A stretch of DNA of 64,000 nucleotides from a virus (Duplodnaviria; Caudoviricetes). The notes below the pieces were generated by a model. The model saw nothing but the letters and a program-made list of their open reading frames with translations. It made no database searches and was not told the DNA's origin. The stretch lies in the IMG/VR virus record IMGVR_UViG_3300042397_003635, one strand, 5' to 3'. This document shows positions 41,053 through 50,641 of this stretch, piece after piece. Both the position numbers and the translations under genes were made by a program. How positions within the stretch are numbered: position 1 is the first letter of the stretch; each line of letters starts with the position of its first letter.

Positions 41053-42246
41053 ATGGCAAAATCTACATTAGATGCATTCGCAAAGTTTAATGATTTACTT
41101 GAAAAGAAAGTAAAATCTAAAATTGAAATTCGTGGCTTCTCCGATATTGAGGAGTATATTCCAACCGGAAATTATCTACTAAATGCCCAAATGTCGGGCT
41201 CTCTATTTGGTGGATATCCAAACACAAGAAGTATTGGAATCGCTGGAGATTCAGGTGCAGGTAAAACATTCCTATGTTTAAATGCAGTTCGTGAATTACA
41301 GAAAAAAGACTACATGGTATTTTATATTGATACTGAAGGTGCAATCGACTCTTCGGACTATGTAAAATTTGGAGTTGACTTAACTAAACTTAAGTATCTT
41401 CGTATGGGTCTTATTAGCGAAGTAAAATTCTTCGTTAATGACTTAATTGATACAATCAAAGAAAATCCAGGTCTTAAAATTGCTCTATTCGTTGACTCTG
41501 TTGGAATGTTAGATACTGATAAAAGTAAAACTGACATGGACAAGGGTAAAAATGCAGCGGATATGGGTCTTCGTGCAAAGGAGATGCGTTCTCTATTTAA
41601 GTCCCTAACCCTAGACCTTTCTAATCACAAAGTTCCATTTATTTTTACAAACCACACCTATGCCTCAATGGATCAATATACTCCAAAGGGAATGTCAGGC
41701 GGAGGTGGACCAGAGTTTTCTGCTTCAATTATTTTAATGTTGAGCAAAGGAACGCTTCGCGATGAAAACAAAACGACAACTGGTATTATTGTTCGTAGTA
41801 AAACCAAAAAGAATCGTTTGGCTCGTCCTCTTGATATTGAATTCCATATTTCATTCCATAAGGGTATGAATCCATTCGTTGGATTGGAACAATATGTAAG
41901 TTGGGAAACATGTGGAGTAGGTCGTGGAGTTATTGTAACACAAAAGGAATTTGAAAAAATGAAAGCTGACGAGCAGGAAATACTGTCACCATTTGAATTA
42001 AATGGAGAGCAGGTTTATTTCTATCCTAAAAAGCTCGGAAAATCTTATATCGTTCGTCATAACGGTGATGCTGTTCCAGTCAAGGAATTTTTCTCATCAA
42101 GACTATTTACCGATGAGGTCCTAAAACAACTTGATGAAAAAATTATTAAACCAACCTTTAAGTTCCCTGAAACTCAGGATGGAATTGATGATATGGAAAC
42201 AGACGAATTAAACGAAATGACAGAATTTGATGGATCAGAAGATTAA
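41053..42246 (+). CDS. uvsX: RecA/UvsX recombinase
   Basis: IPTGNYLLN, Walker A GDSGAGKT, FYIDTEGA, LFVDSVGML, FIFTNHTY, MSGGGG. Confidence 0.93.
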   Translation: MAKSTLDAFAKFNDLLEKKVKSKIEIRGFSDIEEYIPTGNYLLNAQMSGSLFGGYPNTRSIGIAGDSGAGKTFLCLNAVRELQKKDYMVFYIDTEGAIDSSDYVKFGVDLTKLKYLRMGLISEVKFFVNDLIDTIKENPGLKIALFVDSVGMLDTDKSKTDMDKGKNAADMGLRAKEMRSLFKSLTLDLSNHKVPFIFTNHTYASMDQYTPKGMSGGGGPEFSASIILMLSKGTLRDENKTTTGIIVRSKTKKNRLARPLDIEFHISFHKGMNPFVGLEQYVSWETCGVGRGVIVTQKEFEKMKADEQEILSPFELNGEQVYFYPKKLGKSYIVRHNGDAVPVKEFFSSRLFTDEVLKQLDEKIIKPTFKFPETQDGIDDMETDELNEMTEFDGSED

Positions 42247-42574
42247 TTATAAGCTTAAGCCAGAGTTACCGATTAAATACGAATTAAATTTGCATAGGGT
42301 TCTTCCGAGCTACCCAACTGAAACTGATTTTGTAGTTGATATTATTCAGTACATAATTAAGGTTTGCGAAATAAAGAATAAAGAATTTAATCCTTCCGAC
42401 TTAAAATTTTCAGCAAAAACTCTTAAATATGTGTTTAATGAAAATGAGGTAACTCCTGGTTTTAAGGATAAACTAAGAATTGTAATAAAAAATTTAATGG
42501 ATGCAGAAACTCTTGTTAAAAAGGGAGAATTTTTGTATATTAATAAAGCAGTATTTAACGAACTGTATAACTAA
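42227..42574 (+). CDS. Hypothetical protein between uvsX and helicase (position of T4 gp40)
   Basis: ORF present; equivalence to gp40 rests on position only. Confidence 0.55.
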   Translation: MMDQKINYKLKPELPIKYELNLHRVLPSYPTETDFVVDIIQYIIKVCEIKNKEFNPSDLKFSAKTLKYVFNENEVTPGFKDKLRIVIKNLMDAETLVKKGEFLYINKAVFNELYN

Positions 42575-42579
42575 AAAAT

Positions 42580-44067
42580 ATGATAGACTTTAAAGAAAAC
42601 ATCGAGTTGCTAGAAAAGGTTATTCTTAACTTTATTCTAATGGATGACAATAATGAGACCCTAATTAGGCCAAAGAACGTAGAGGCCCTTGATATTAGGG
42701 AAGTTATTCCAAAAATGAAAACTCAGTATTTCAATAACGATGATCTTGGAAATATCTTTAAAGTTGTAAAAAACTATTATAAAGAATATCATAAGATTCC
42801 ATCGAAAACTGAAATTCGAGAAATGCTTAACTTAACAAGTTATGAAATTTCAGATGACACTTTTAATACTCTACTTGGTGTAAATCTTGGAGAATACAAT
42901 TATGAGTTCTTAACCAAGTATACAAAATCATTTATCTTAATTAAGAACCTTAACTCATCAATTGTTGATATTTTATCTTTCTTAAAGACAAGTGAAATAA
43001 GTCCAGAAAATGTTAATATTATTACAGATCAGGTTAGAACTAAGCTTAATACAAACTTAAATGTTTCCTTTAGTAATGCTGAGTCTGGCTTAAATTTCTT
43101 TAATGCAGTCGATCACGTTCAGGTTTCTAAAACTGGAACTCCAACTGGGTTTCCATTTTTTGACAAGACATTAGGCGGAGGTTGGAACCCTAAAACTCTA
43201 GTTGTTTTCCAAGGTCGACCTAAGGTTGGTAAATCAATGGTTCTTTCAAATATTGCAGCTCGTGCATTTATGTCAGGCTGTCAAACTGGTGTTGCAACAC
43301 TGGAATTGGCTGATACTAAATATATGAAACGTTTAGGATCAAATATCTTAAATATTCCATATAATCAATATAATGAGATTACGTCAAAAGATCGTACTCA
43401 ATTAATTGAAGCTAAAATCGAACAATTTAAACAAAGCGGCTCTCAGCCTGGAGAATTATGGGTTAAAGAATTTGCAACAGGTAGTGCAACTGCAGTTGAT
43501 ATTGAAAATTACTTTTTAAAAGTTCAAGAAAGCACAGGAAAGCGTCTTCAAGTTGTAGTCGTAGATTATATTAACTTGATGAGACCTATGCGCGAGCAAG
43601 GAAATACTTATGAGAAAATCAAAGTAATTTCTGAGGAATTGCGTGCAGTAGCTCAACGTAATGAATGGACTATTATTACTGCGACTCAAATTAAACGTGA
43701 TGCAGTAGATGACCAAGATATTGGAATGTCAGATATTGCTGAATCCTTTGGTCTTGTGCACACAGTGGATTCTCTATATGGTCTAATGAGAGGGCCTATG
43801 GAAAAAAGAATTAAAATCAAGGTTATTGCTAACCGTGATGAAGGCTACACAGAAAGCTTTAAAATGTATCGAATGTTCTATGATTTCTCTAGACTTGTAG
43901 AAGAAACTGATCCAGCAAGCGAATACTACTCTGATGACGATGATATTTCTTCAATTGAAGACGATTTGCGTCAACAATATGCAAACGTCCAAGTTAAACC
44001 ACAATTGACAGTTGCTCCTAGTATCAAGCAGTTTGGTGAACATGAAGATATTTTAGGAGATTTATAA
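42580..44067 (+). CDS. gp41: Replicative DnaB-like helicase (T4 gp41)
   Basis: PTGFPFFDKTLGGG, Walker A GRPKVGKS, VVVVDYINLM, ITATQIKR, IAESFGLVHTVD. Confidence 0.92.
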   Translation: MIDFKENIELLEKVILNFILMDDNNETLIRPKNVEALDIREVIPKMKTQYFNNDDLGNIFKVVKNYYKEYHKIPSKTEIREMLNLTSYEISDDTFNTLLGVNLGEYNYEFLTKYTKSFILIKNLNSSIVDILSFLKTSEISPENVNIITDQVRTKLNTNLNVSFSNAESGLNFFNAVDHVQVSKTGTPTGFPFFDKTLGGGWNPKTLVVFQGRPKVGKSMVLSNIAARAFMSGCQTGVATLELADTKYMKRLGSNILNIPYNQYNEITSKDRTQLIEAKIEQFKQSGSQPGELWVKEFATGSATAVDIENYFLKVQESTGKRLQVVVVDYINLMRPMREQGNTYEKIKVISEELRAVAQRNEWTIITATQIKRDAVDDQDIGMSDIAESFGLVHTVDSLYGLMRGPMEKRIKIKVIANRDEGYTESFKMYRMFYDFSRLVEETDPASEYYSDDDDISSIEDDLRQQYANVQVKPQLTVAPSIKQFGEHEDILGDL

Positions 44068-44082
44068 AAAAACTACAATATT

Positions 44083-44751
44083 ATGTGGAAGAAAAAAACT
44101 AAAGAAGAGGACCTATTCATTAATGAAGGTGACGATTGGTCAGCTTTAGATGGAGAAGATTTTGAAGGACTTGATCAGCTTGAAGGAGATGAAGACGATG
44201 AAATTGGACAAGTTGATCACGAATCAATTGATGATGAAGATGAAGCCAGATACCAACAACATCTAAAATTAAAAAGAGAAGATAAGATCTTTAATAATTC
44301 TTGGAATAGTGGTGAAGGAGTTAGTGACGAAATGTATCATAATACTGGAATTAGATTAGATCCAGGTCATACAGATAGTCATCTTTTAGATGGTGCATCA
44401 TATGACAAATACATGGATAAAGTTATCATTGAAAGAGATCTAAACAATATCGCGATTAATGATGAGATTTTAGTTAAATTGATGGACATTACCATGGTTG
44501 AAGGTAGAAAATTTACAAAACCTGAAATCAATCTTGCCTTTTCTAGACTTTGCGATTTAGTTAGAGAAAATAATAAAACTACATTCATTGGTCCAATCGA
44601 TGTTTTAGATTTTGTTTCAATGATTTCTCAAATGGATTTTAAAAGATTGTTTGAGTCTCTTGAATATGAATACAAAGAAGTTCTCTTATTAGAACTTAAT
44701 AATAAATTTGGAATACTAGACGGTAAAGTTAGATTTAAAAAACTATTTTAA
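44083..44751 (+). CDS. Hypothetical protein with highly acidic N-terminal region (222 aa)
   Basis: D/E-rich stretch (DGEDFEGLDQLEGDEDDEIGQVDHESIDDEDE); coupled to gp47. Confidence 0.65.
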   Translation: MWKKKTKEEDLFINEGDDWSALDGEDFEGLDQLEGDEDDEIGQVDHESIDDEDEARYQQHLKLKREDKIFNNSWNSGEGVSDEMYHNTGIRLDPGHTDSHLLDGASYDKYMDKVIIERDLNNIAINDEILVKLMDITMVEGRKFTKPEINLAFSRLCDLVRENNKTTFIGPIDVLDFVSMISQMDFKRLFESLEYEYKEVLLLELNNKFGILDGKVRFKKLF

Positions 44752-45872
44752 TGAAGTTAAACAATATAAACAAAATATTCTTAGTAGGAGACTTACACCT
44801 AGGGATTAGAAATAATTCAGTGGAGTGGGCAGATATTCAAAAAGATTTTCTTTTAGAAGTTTTGCCAAAGACTGCTCAAGAAAATGGTTTTAATCCAGAT
44901 ACAGATATTCTTATTTTAGAAGGCGATATCTTTCATTCTAGAGAATCAATTAATGTTAGAATTCAAAATGATTCAATGGAAATTTTTGAAAAACTTTCTA
45001 AAGTATTTAAGCGAGGAGTCTTTATTATTTTAGGAAACCATGATGTTTATTATAAAGACTCTAATCAAGTTAATTCAGTTAGACACCTTAAACACTTAGC
45101 CGAAAATATTCATGTATTTGAAAGTCCAGAAATCTTAACGATTAATGATACTGAAAATTGGTTAATGTTACCTTGGGTTGAAGATACTAAGACTTTAGGT
45201 AATTATGTTGCAGATTATGCAAATATGTGTAAGCGAATTGTATGTCATGCCGATATCAAAGGACTAAAGTTTAATCGATGGACTAAAGTTGAACATGGAT
45301 TAGAAATTACAGCGCTATCCCAGTATGACAGGGTTTACTCTGGTCACATCCATCACAGACAAGAACAAGATAATATATTGTATACTGGAACTCCTTACCA
45401 GATGGACAGGGGTGATCGTGGGAACACTAAGGGCTACTATATAATAGATGCTAAAGATAATTATAAAGAAACCTTTATTGAAAACCAGGCATCACCAAAT
45501 TATGTCAAATATGATATTTGCGAATTATTAGATATGAACTTAGATCAACTAAAGAGTCTATTAACTAATAATTTTGTTGACGTTATGATTGAAATTAACT
45601 TATCAAATAAAATTCCAATTAGTCAATTCTTAATGGTCTTAGAACAGGTCAAATATAGAAAAATTGAATTTTTTACATATACGAGTGATTCAACTGAATC
45701 TCCAACTGCAGATATTTCATTAGATCTTTCTAGTTCAGATAAATTTGATGCGTTTGAGATTTTTAAAACATATTTAAATTCAAAACAATATTCTCAAAGT
45801 ATGAAAAAGGATTTGGTTACCAAGTTTTTTGAAATACAAGAGAGAGCAAAACAAGAAAAAGATTATGCTTAA
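44751..45872 (+). CDS. gp47: Mre11/SbcD-like recombination nuclease (T4 gp47)
   Basis: GDLHLG, GDIFH, GNHDVY, SGHIH, YTGTPYQ metallophosphoesterase motifs. Confidence 0.92.
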   Translation: MKLNNINKIFLVGDLHLGIRNNSVEWADIQKDFLLEVLPKTAQENGFNPDTDILILEGDIFHSRESINVRIQNDSMEIFEKLSKVFKRGVFIILGNHDVYYKDSNQVNSVRHLKHLAENIHVFESPEILTINDTENWLMLPWVEDTKTLGNYVADYANMCKRIVCHADIKGLKFNRWTKVEHGLEITALSQYDRVYSGHIHHRQEQDNILYTGTPYQMDRGDRGNTKGYYIIDAKDNYKETFIENQASPNYVKYDICELLDMNLDQLKSLLTNNFVDVMIEINLSNKIPISQFLMVLEQVKYRKIEFFTYTSDSTESPTADISLDLSSSDKFDAFEIFKTYLNSKQYSQSMKKDLVTKFFEIQERAKQEKDYA

Positions 45873-46365
45873 ATTAGGATTATCTGACAAGGCTCAAGTA
45901 CTATTTGATCATAAAGATGGGATTCCATCTGTAATTTCTACTGAGCGTATTATCATTGGCGAAATTATTGAAATACTATGTGCCCAGCACATTTCAATTA
46001 GCGACGGTTTTGAAATATACGAAAGACTTCCGTCATTTGCAAATTGTGTTCAGCCTAATGAAATTAAATTGCGAGAGTTAAATCAAAAAACTGAAGAGTT
46101 ACATCAGCAGTTACTTGCAGAGCTTATGACAAATGGAGAACCGTCTGCTGAAGAAATTGAAAAATTAAAGGAACACCCAGAACTGCTTTCATTTTTTAAT
46201 TCATATAAGTGGCTAGACATGTTAATTGGAAATATTCCATATTATCATATGGCAGAGCAGCCAAATGCTAGAATTGTTTGGAATACTGAAACCAATGTTT
46301 GGAACGTTGTTGCATTTACTGAAATTTTACCTGGGAAAACTATAACTTTACCTATTAAGAAATAA
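45865..46365 (+). CDS. Degenerate SET-domain-like protein (about 166 aa)
   Basis: VISTERIIIGEIIE and GNIPYYHMAEQPNARIVW...VVAFTEILPGKTITL align by eye with SET N- and C-terminal motifs. ATG at 45865 preferred over the track's 45829. Confidence 0.5.
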   Translation: MLKLGLSDKAQVLFDHKDGIPSVISTERIIIGEIIEILCAQHISISDGFEIYERLPSFANCVQPNEIKLRELNQKTEELHQQLLAELMTNGEPSAEEIEKLKEHPELLSFFNSYKWLDMLIGNIPYYHMAEQPNARIVWNTETNVWNVVAFTEILPGKTITLPIKK

Positions 46366-46367
46366 TT

Positions 46368-48032
46368 ATGAAGATAAAAGAATTTGCTTTTAAAAATATA
46401 TGTTCATATGGAAATAAGGTTCAAACCTTTAAGTTTTCAGATGATCCAAATTTAATCCTTGTTCAAGGAACAAATGGCTCAGGCAAATCTAGTATATCTG
46501 ATGCATTAACTGTATCGATTTATGGAAAATCTGGTATCAGAAAGATTAAGGAAATTCCAAATCGTATTAATAAAAACGCCTATACTTCAGTTAAATTTGT
46601 TGCAAATAATGGAGATGAAGTTGAAATAGAAAGAGGACTAGAACCAAATTTTTCAAAGATCTTAATAAATGGAAATGACTATAACTTACCAGATAAAAGA
46701 CGAGTTGATGAATTTATTGAAGAAGAATTAGTTAAAATTCCATTTAACGTTTTCTCAAATACAATCTCTCTTTCTGTAAATGACTTTAAAAGTTTTGTTA
46801 AATTAAGCCCAGCCGATAAACGCAAGATTATCGATAAGATCTTTGGATTGGACTTAGTTAATGATATGAATCAATTGGTTAAAGAAGATGCAAAGACAGT
46901 AAAAGGAAAACAGTCTTCCAGTCAAACTGCTCTTTTAAAAAACCAGCACTTATTAGAGCAATCAGTTCAACAATTATCTGCTCTACAAGAAGATTTAACT
47001 CAAGAAAAGGAAAATCGAATTGCTCAACTAACTGATATTTTAACTAGAGCTAAAACAAAACAAGATGAAGTTAAATCTTCCTATGCTGAACTTAAAACAC
47101 AATTAGACTCTGCCAAAAATGATTTAAAGGCGGCTAGAGAATCTAAATCAGCATGTACGTTTAATATTGCAGAAATTGATAAAAAATTGGCAATTTACGC
47201 CAAAAATAAATGTCCTCATTGCTTAAGTGACTTAACTGATACTGTACATATTGGAATTAAACAACAGCTTGAAGATAACAAAAGTAAATTCTTAGAAGAG
47301 CTTACACCAATTGCGGCTAAAATATCTAATATAGAGGGTAGTTCTAGAGAATTAGAAAGTTCACAGGAAAAATTTAGAAATGATCATGCTAAATTGTCAT
47401 CTGCTTTAGATTCTGCAAAAAGAGAATTAGATTCTTTAACCCAGTCTCAAGATTCAGAAAAACAAACACAATACCTTCAAAAGATTATCGATCAATTAAA
47501 TGAAGATATTGAATCTACTAAATTAGAAATAGGCGAATTAGAAAAAGAACTTTCTGTTAACCAGGAGCTTGAAGTAATTCTTTCAGATAATGGAATGAAG
47601 AGAATCTTAATGAACCAAATTATTCCACTTCTAAATAAGAATATTCTAAGAACTTCTAAACTACTTGAATTTAAATTTGCATTTGAGTTTGATTTAGAAT
47701 TTAATCCAATTATTACCCACCTTGGAATGCAGATTTCGCCAGAGTCTCTATCCGCTGGCGAACAAAAGAAAATGAATCTAATTGTTCTTTTATGCATATT
47801 AGAATTAATTAAGATGAAGAACAATAAAATTAATCTACTTTTCTTAGATGAGATCTTTTCTTCTCTAGATTCTGTAAGCATTTACAAAGTAGTTGATTTA
47901 TTAAAAACATTTGCTAAAAAGCATAATATGACAGTATTTGTGATCTCCCATGATCCACTGCCAGAAGAGTTTTTCGATATTAAGTTATTTGTCGAAAACA
48001 AAGACCATTTTTCTGATATAAGAGTAAATTAA
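46368..48032 (+). CDS. gp46: Rad50/SbcC-like recombination ATPase (T4 gp46)
   Basis: Walker A GTNGSGKSS, coiled coil with CPHC hook, signature LSAGEQKK, Walker B LFLDE, ISH. Confidence 0.93.
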   Translation: MKIKEFAFKNICSYGNKVQTFKFSDDPNLILVQGTNGSGKSSISDALTVSIYGKSGIRKIKEIPNRINKNAYTSVKFVANNGDEVEIERGLEPNFSKILINGNDYNLPDKRRVDEFIEEELVKIPFNVFSNTISLSVNDFKSFVKLSPADKRKIIDKIFGLDLVNDMNQLVKEDAKTVKGKQSSSQTALLKNQHLLEQSVQQLSALQEDLTQEKENRIAQLTDILTRAKTKQDEVKSSYAELKTQLDSAKNDLKAARESKSACTFNIAEIDKKLAIYAKNKCPHCLSDLTDTVHIGIKQQLEDNKSKFLEELTPIAAKISNIEGSSRELESSQEKFRNDHAKLSSALDSAKRELDSLTQSQDSEKQTQYLQKIIDQLNEDIESTKLEIGELEKELSVNQELEVILSDNGMKRILMNQIIPLLNKNILRTSKLLEFKFAFEFDLEFNPIITHLGMQISPESLSAGEQKKMNLIVLLCILELIKMKNNKINLLFLDEIFSSLDSVSIYKVVDLLKTFAKKHNMTVFVISHDPLPEEFFDIKLFVENKDHFSDIRVN

Positions 48033-48041
48033 TATAGAACT

Positions 48042-48926
48042 ATGCATACTTACAAAGGAACATCATTTGCGGAAGCTTACCAAAAGTCATTAATCGATTT
48101 AATGGACAATGGTGACTTATGCGAAACGCGAGGAACTACAAGCAGAGAATTATTAAATGTTTCTCTAGAAATCACTGATCCAAGTCAGTGTATGTATACC
48201 AATATGACTAGGTCTACCCAGACTAAATATATTGCAGCTGAATTTTTATGGTATTATGCTGGTCGTAATGATGTAGCATTTATTTCAAAATATGCAAAAT
48301 TTTGGGAGCAGATTCAAAATCCAAATGGTACCGCTAACTCTGCTTATGGTAACCTAATATTTAAACCAAAATCTCTTGGTGGAATTACTCAATACGAATG
48401 GGCAATTGCATCATTAGCAAAGGATAAAGATAGTAGACAAGCAATTCTTCACTTTAATACGCCAGAACATCAATATAATGGTAATAAAGATTTTGTTTGC
48501 ACAATGTATGGAATTTTTCATATTAGACACAATAAACTAAACTTTAGTGTCTATATGAGATCTAATGATGCTATTTGGGGTACACCAACTGATGTTGCAT
48601 TTTTCTGTTCTCTACAAATGCAGGCTCTTGCTCATCTTAAGGAATTTTATCCAGAATTAGAGTTAGGAACCTATACTCACCATGCAAACTCATATCATAT
48701 TTATGATAGACACTATGATCTAGTTAGTCGTATGTTAGTTGGAGAGTTCGTTCCATCTAGACTGCCTTCAATTAAAACTAATCTTGTTTCAATGTCAGGT
48801 CACCCTACACAAGAGTTTAATGACATTTTTGAATTTATTGAACATGATCAAGATGATATTTTAATACTACAAGAAAAAGAAGATCTATTAACTTGGATCG
48901 TAAATCAATTTGGCGATGATAACTAG
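48042..48926 (+). CDS. Thymidylate synthase-family enzyme, T4 gp42 (dCMP hydroxymethylase)-like
   Basis: EFLWY, ANSAYG, DKDSRQAI, catalytic DFVCT, MRSNDAIWGTPTD, SYHIY. Asp at the E. coli ThyA Asn177-equivalent position. Confidence 0.8.
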   Translation: MHTYKGTSFAEAYQKSLIDLMDNGDLCETRGTTSRELLNVSLEITDPSQCMYTNMTRSTQTKYIAAEFLWYYAGRNDVAFISKYAKFWEQIQNPNGTANSAYGNLIFKPKSLGGITQYEWAIASLAKDKDSRQAILHFNTPEHQYNGNKDFVCTMYGIFHIRHNKLNFSVYMRSNDAIWGTPTDVAFFCSLQMQALAHLKEFYPELELGTYTHHANSYHIYDRHYDLVSRMLVGEFVPSRLPSIKTNLVSMSGHPTQEFNDIFEFIEHDQDDILILQEKEDLLTWIVNQFGDDN

Positions 48927-49362
48927 ATACGATATTGTATACATGAAAATGGCCTCAGAATGGGGACAATTATCGAATGCTCGTCGTAAAAAAGTTGGAG
49001 CGCTCCTAGTTAAGAATAACACTATTATAGCTGATGGTTATAATGGAACTCCATCTGGTTTTGAAAATGAATGCGAAAATCCTTTATTTGATGCAGATGG
49101 TAATTTTTTAGACTATGAAACAAAATGGTATGTTTTGCACGCCGAATCTAATGCTTTAGCTAAAGTTGCAAAATCTACTCAATCTTCTGAGGGTTCTACT
49201 CTTTATGTTACAATGTCTCCGTGTAGAGAGTGTAGCAAATTAATTCTTCAAGCAGGAATTAAAAGAGTAGTCTATTCGGAATCATACAGAGATTCTGCCG
49301 GTCTCGACCTCTTAAAAAAGGCAGGGGTTGATGTAGTTCAGATTCTACCCGAATCAGAATAA
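48916..49362 (+). CDS. cd: dCMP deaminase
   Basis: KVGALLV, GYNGTPSG, HAESNAL, LYVTMSPCRECSK zinc motifs. Confidence 0.93.
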   Translation: MITRYDIVYMKMASEWGQLSNARRKKVGALLVKNNTIIADGYNGTPSGFENECENPLFDADGNFLDYETKWYVLHAESNALAKVAKSTQSSEGSTLYVTMSPCRECSKLILQAGIKRVVYSESYRDSAGLDLLKKAGVDVVQILPESE

Positions 49363-49379
49363 AAAATTCCATTCGTATT

Positions 49380-49781
49380 TTGACAGAAGATATTGCAACC
49401 AGAGAATTAACAATTGTTTTCGTAAGAGATTATAAAACATTCGTTGAACACTTTTCTAAAAAATGTAAAAGTGATTACGTTCTTAACATTAATAAGATCG
49501 TAAAAGAGAAATTTCAAACTGAAATCTTTATTCCAAATAAAGTTCAGGCTTTTTTATTAAATTATGAAATTTCCAAACTTATTGATAAGGTAATTAAAAT
49601 AAAGAATCAAAAGTATTCCAGACTAATCTACTTGAATACAGAGCTTTCTCCCACTGGAATTTTAAATTCAATTAACTTTTTAAAGACCACATATACATGG
49701 GTCGAATTTGATTTTACTGTTATTGATCCAGATAAGGAATTCCATGCCGTACTAAAGGACATAAAAAAAGGAGAGCTATAA
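49380..49781 (+). CDS. Hypothetical protein (133 aa)
   Basis: TTG start; last gene of the plus-strand operon; alternating alpha/beta pattern, no motif recognised. Confidence 0.55.
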   Translation: MTEDIATRELTIVFVRDYKTFVEHFSKKCKSDYVLNINKIVKEKFQTEIFIPNKVQAFLLNYEISKLIDKVIKIKNQKYSRLIYLNTELSPTGILNSINFLKTTYTWVEFDFTVIDPDKEFHAVLKDIKKGEL

Positions 49782-49794
49782 AGTTCTCCTTTTT
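49765..49794. terminator. Bidirectional intrinsic terminator between convergent operons
   Basis: AAAAAGGAGAGCT-ATAA-AGTTCTCCTTTTT. Confidence 0.8.
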
Positions 49795-49813
49795 AATTTA
49801 AATTAATTTCTAA

Positions 49814-50620
49814 TTATTCTTCACTAGCTTTCTTTAATCTTAGAATACCAGCTTGGGCTTCTTTGTAATCACTTACAAATTTTACAGCTCTTTTATCAGA
49901 ATCTTTATCTTTCCAATCACTTAAACTTTCCTTTGTATCTTTTCCATTATGGTGTGGATACGCAAATACAGTCATGTGTCCATCTTTTCTAAAATCGTAA
50001 GTTGCATAAGTTTCTTCACCTTCTGCTGATTCAGTAATAGTATCAAAGTCTTCATCTAATTCTTCATCAGATTCGTCCTCTTCTGGCATTTCTGAAACTT
50101 TTTGAATTGCAGCTTTAAATATTTCAACGCATTCTTCTTTTTCAATTTCCATCTTTTCGCAAGCGATTTCTAAAATTTCTTTTAGTTCATCACTAAACTC
50201 TTCCATAAACATTTCAAGAGCTTCTTCGTCGATTTCTGGAGTTTCTTCTAGATCTGTGTCTTTAATTTCATCAGCTTCTTCTTCGAACATATAGTTTTCA
50301 AATTGAGGAACATGACTTTCTTTTACAATCTTAACTCCCATTGTAGGAATTGCAGTTAAAGGTTCTTCTGTTTTAATTTTAGCAGTACGACTAGGTACAT
50401 CGCTATTAAATGCTTTCCAATAACCATCATAATTGTGGTTTTTTCCGCCATTTTCAAAGTTAGCATCTCTTTGTGCAACATTTGTCCAATCTTTTAAAGA
50501 CTTTCGTTTAGATTTATCAAATGACTCAGTTTCACTAGGTCCACCAAATGATGGAGCTTTCATGTCCATGAATCTCTTAAAGTCTTTAACATCGTTACTT
50601 TTTAGGTTAAAAATATCCAT
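49814..50620 (-). CDS. Acidic hypothetical protein, candidate prohead core/internal head protein (268 aa)
   Basis: Very Glu/Asp-rich centre; VPQFENYMFEE and ITES motifs; immediately downstream of the tail tube gene. Confidence 0.55.
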   Translation of the reverse strand: MDIFNLKSNDVKDFKRFMDMKAPSFGGPSETESFDKSKRKSLKDWTNVAQRDANFENGGKNHNYDGYWKAFNSDVPSRTAKIKTEEPLTAIPTMGVKIVKESHVPQFENYMFEEEADEIKDTDLEETPEIDEEALEMFMEEFSDELKEILEIACEKMEIEKEECVEIFKAAIQKVSEMPEEDESDEELDEDFDTITESAEGEETYATYDFRKDGHMTVFAYPHHNGKDTKESLSDWKDKDSDKRAVKFVSDYKEAQAGILRLKKASEE

Positions 50621-50641
50621 TTTAAAGTGGTTTTTAAATTT

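Noticed and set aside
45829-45864. Track start codon at 45829 for the SET-like gene
   Set aside because: It would overlap gp47 by 44 nt; ATG at 45865 gives a typical short overlap.
27378-48032. Introns, inteins or homing endonucleases in nrdB, nrdA, uvsX, helicase or gp46
   Set aside because: Lengths and motif spacing are normal; no LAGLIDADG, HNH, GIY-YIG or intein splice motifs seen.
49380-49781. Degenerate P-loop nucleotide kinase call for the 133-aa ORF
   Set aside because: Only the topology and context suggest it; no Walker A motif, so left as hypothetical.
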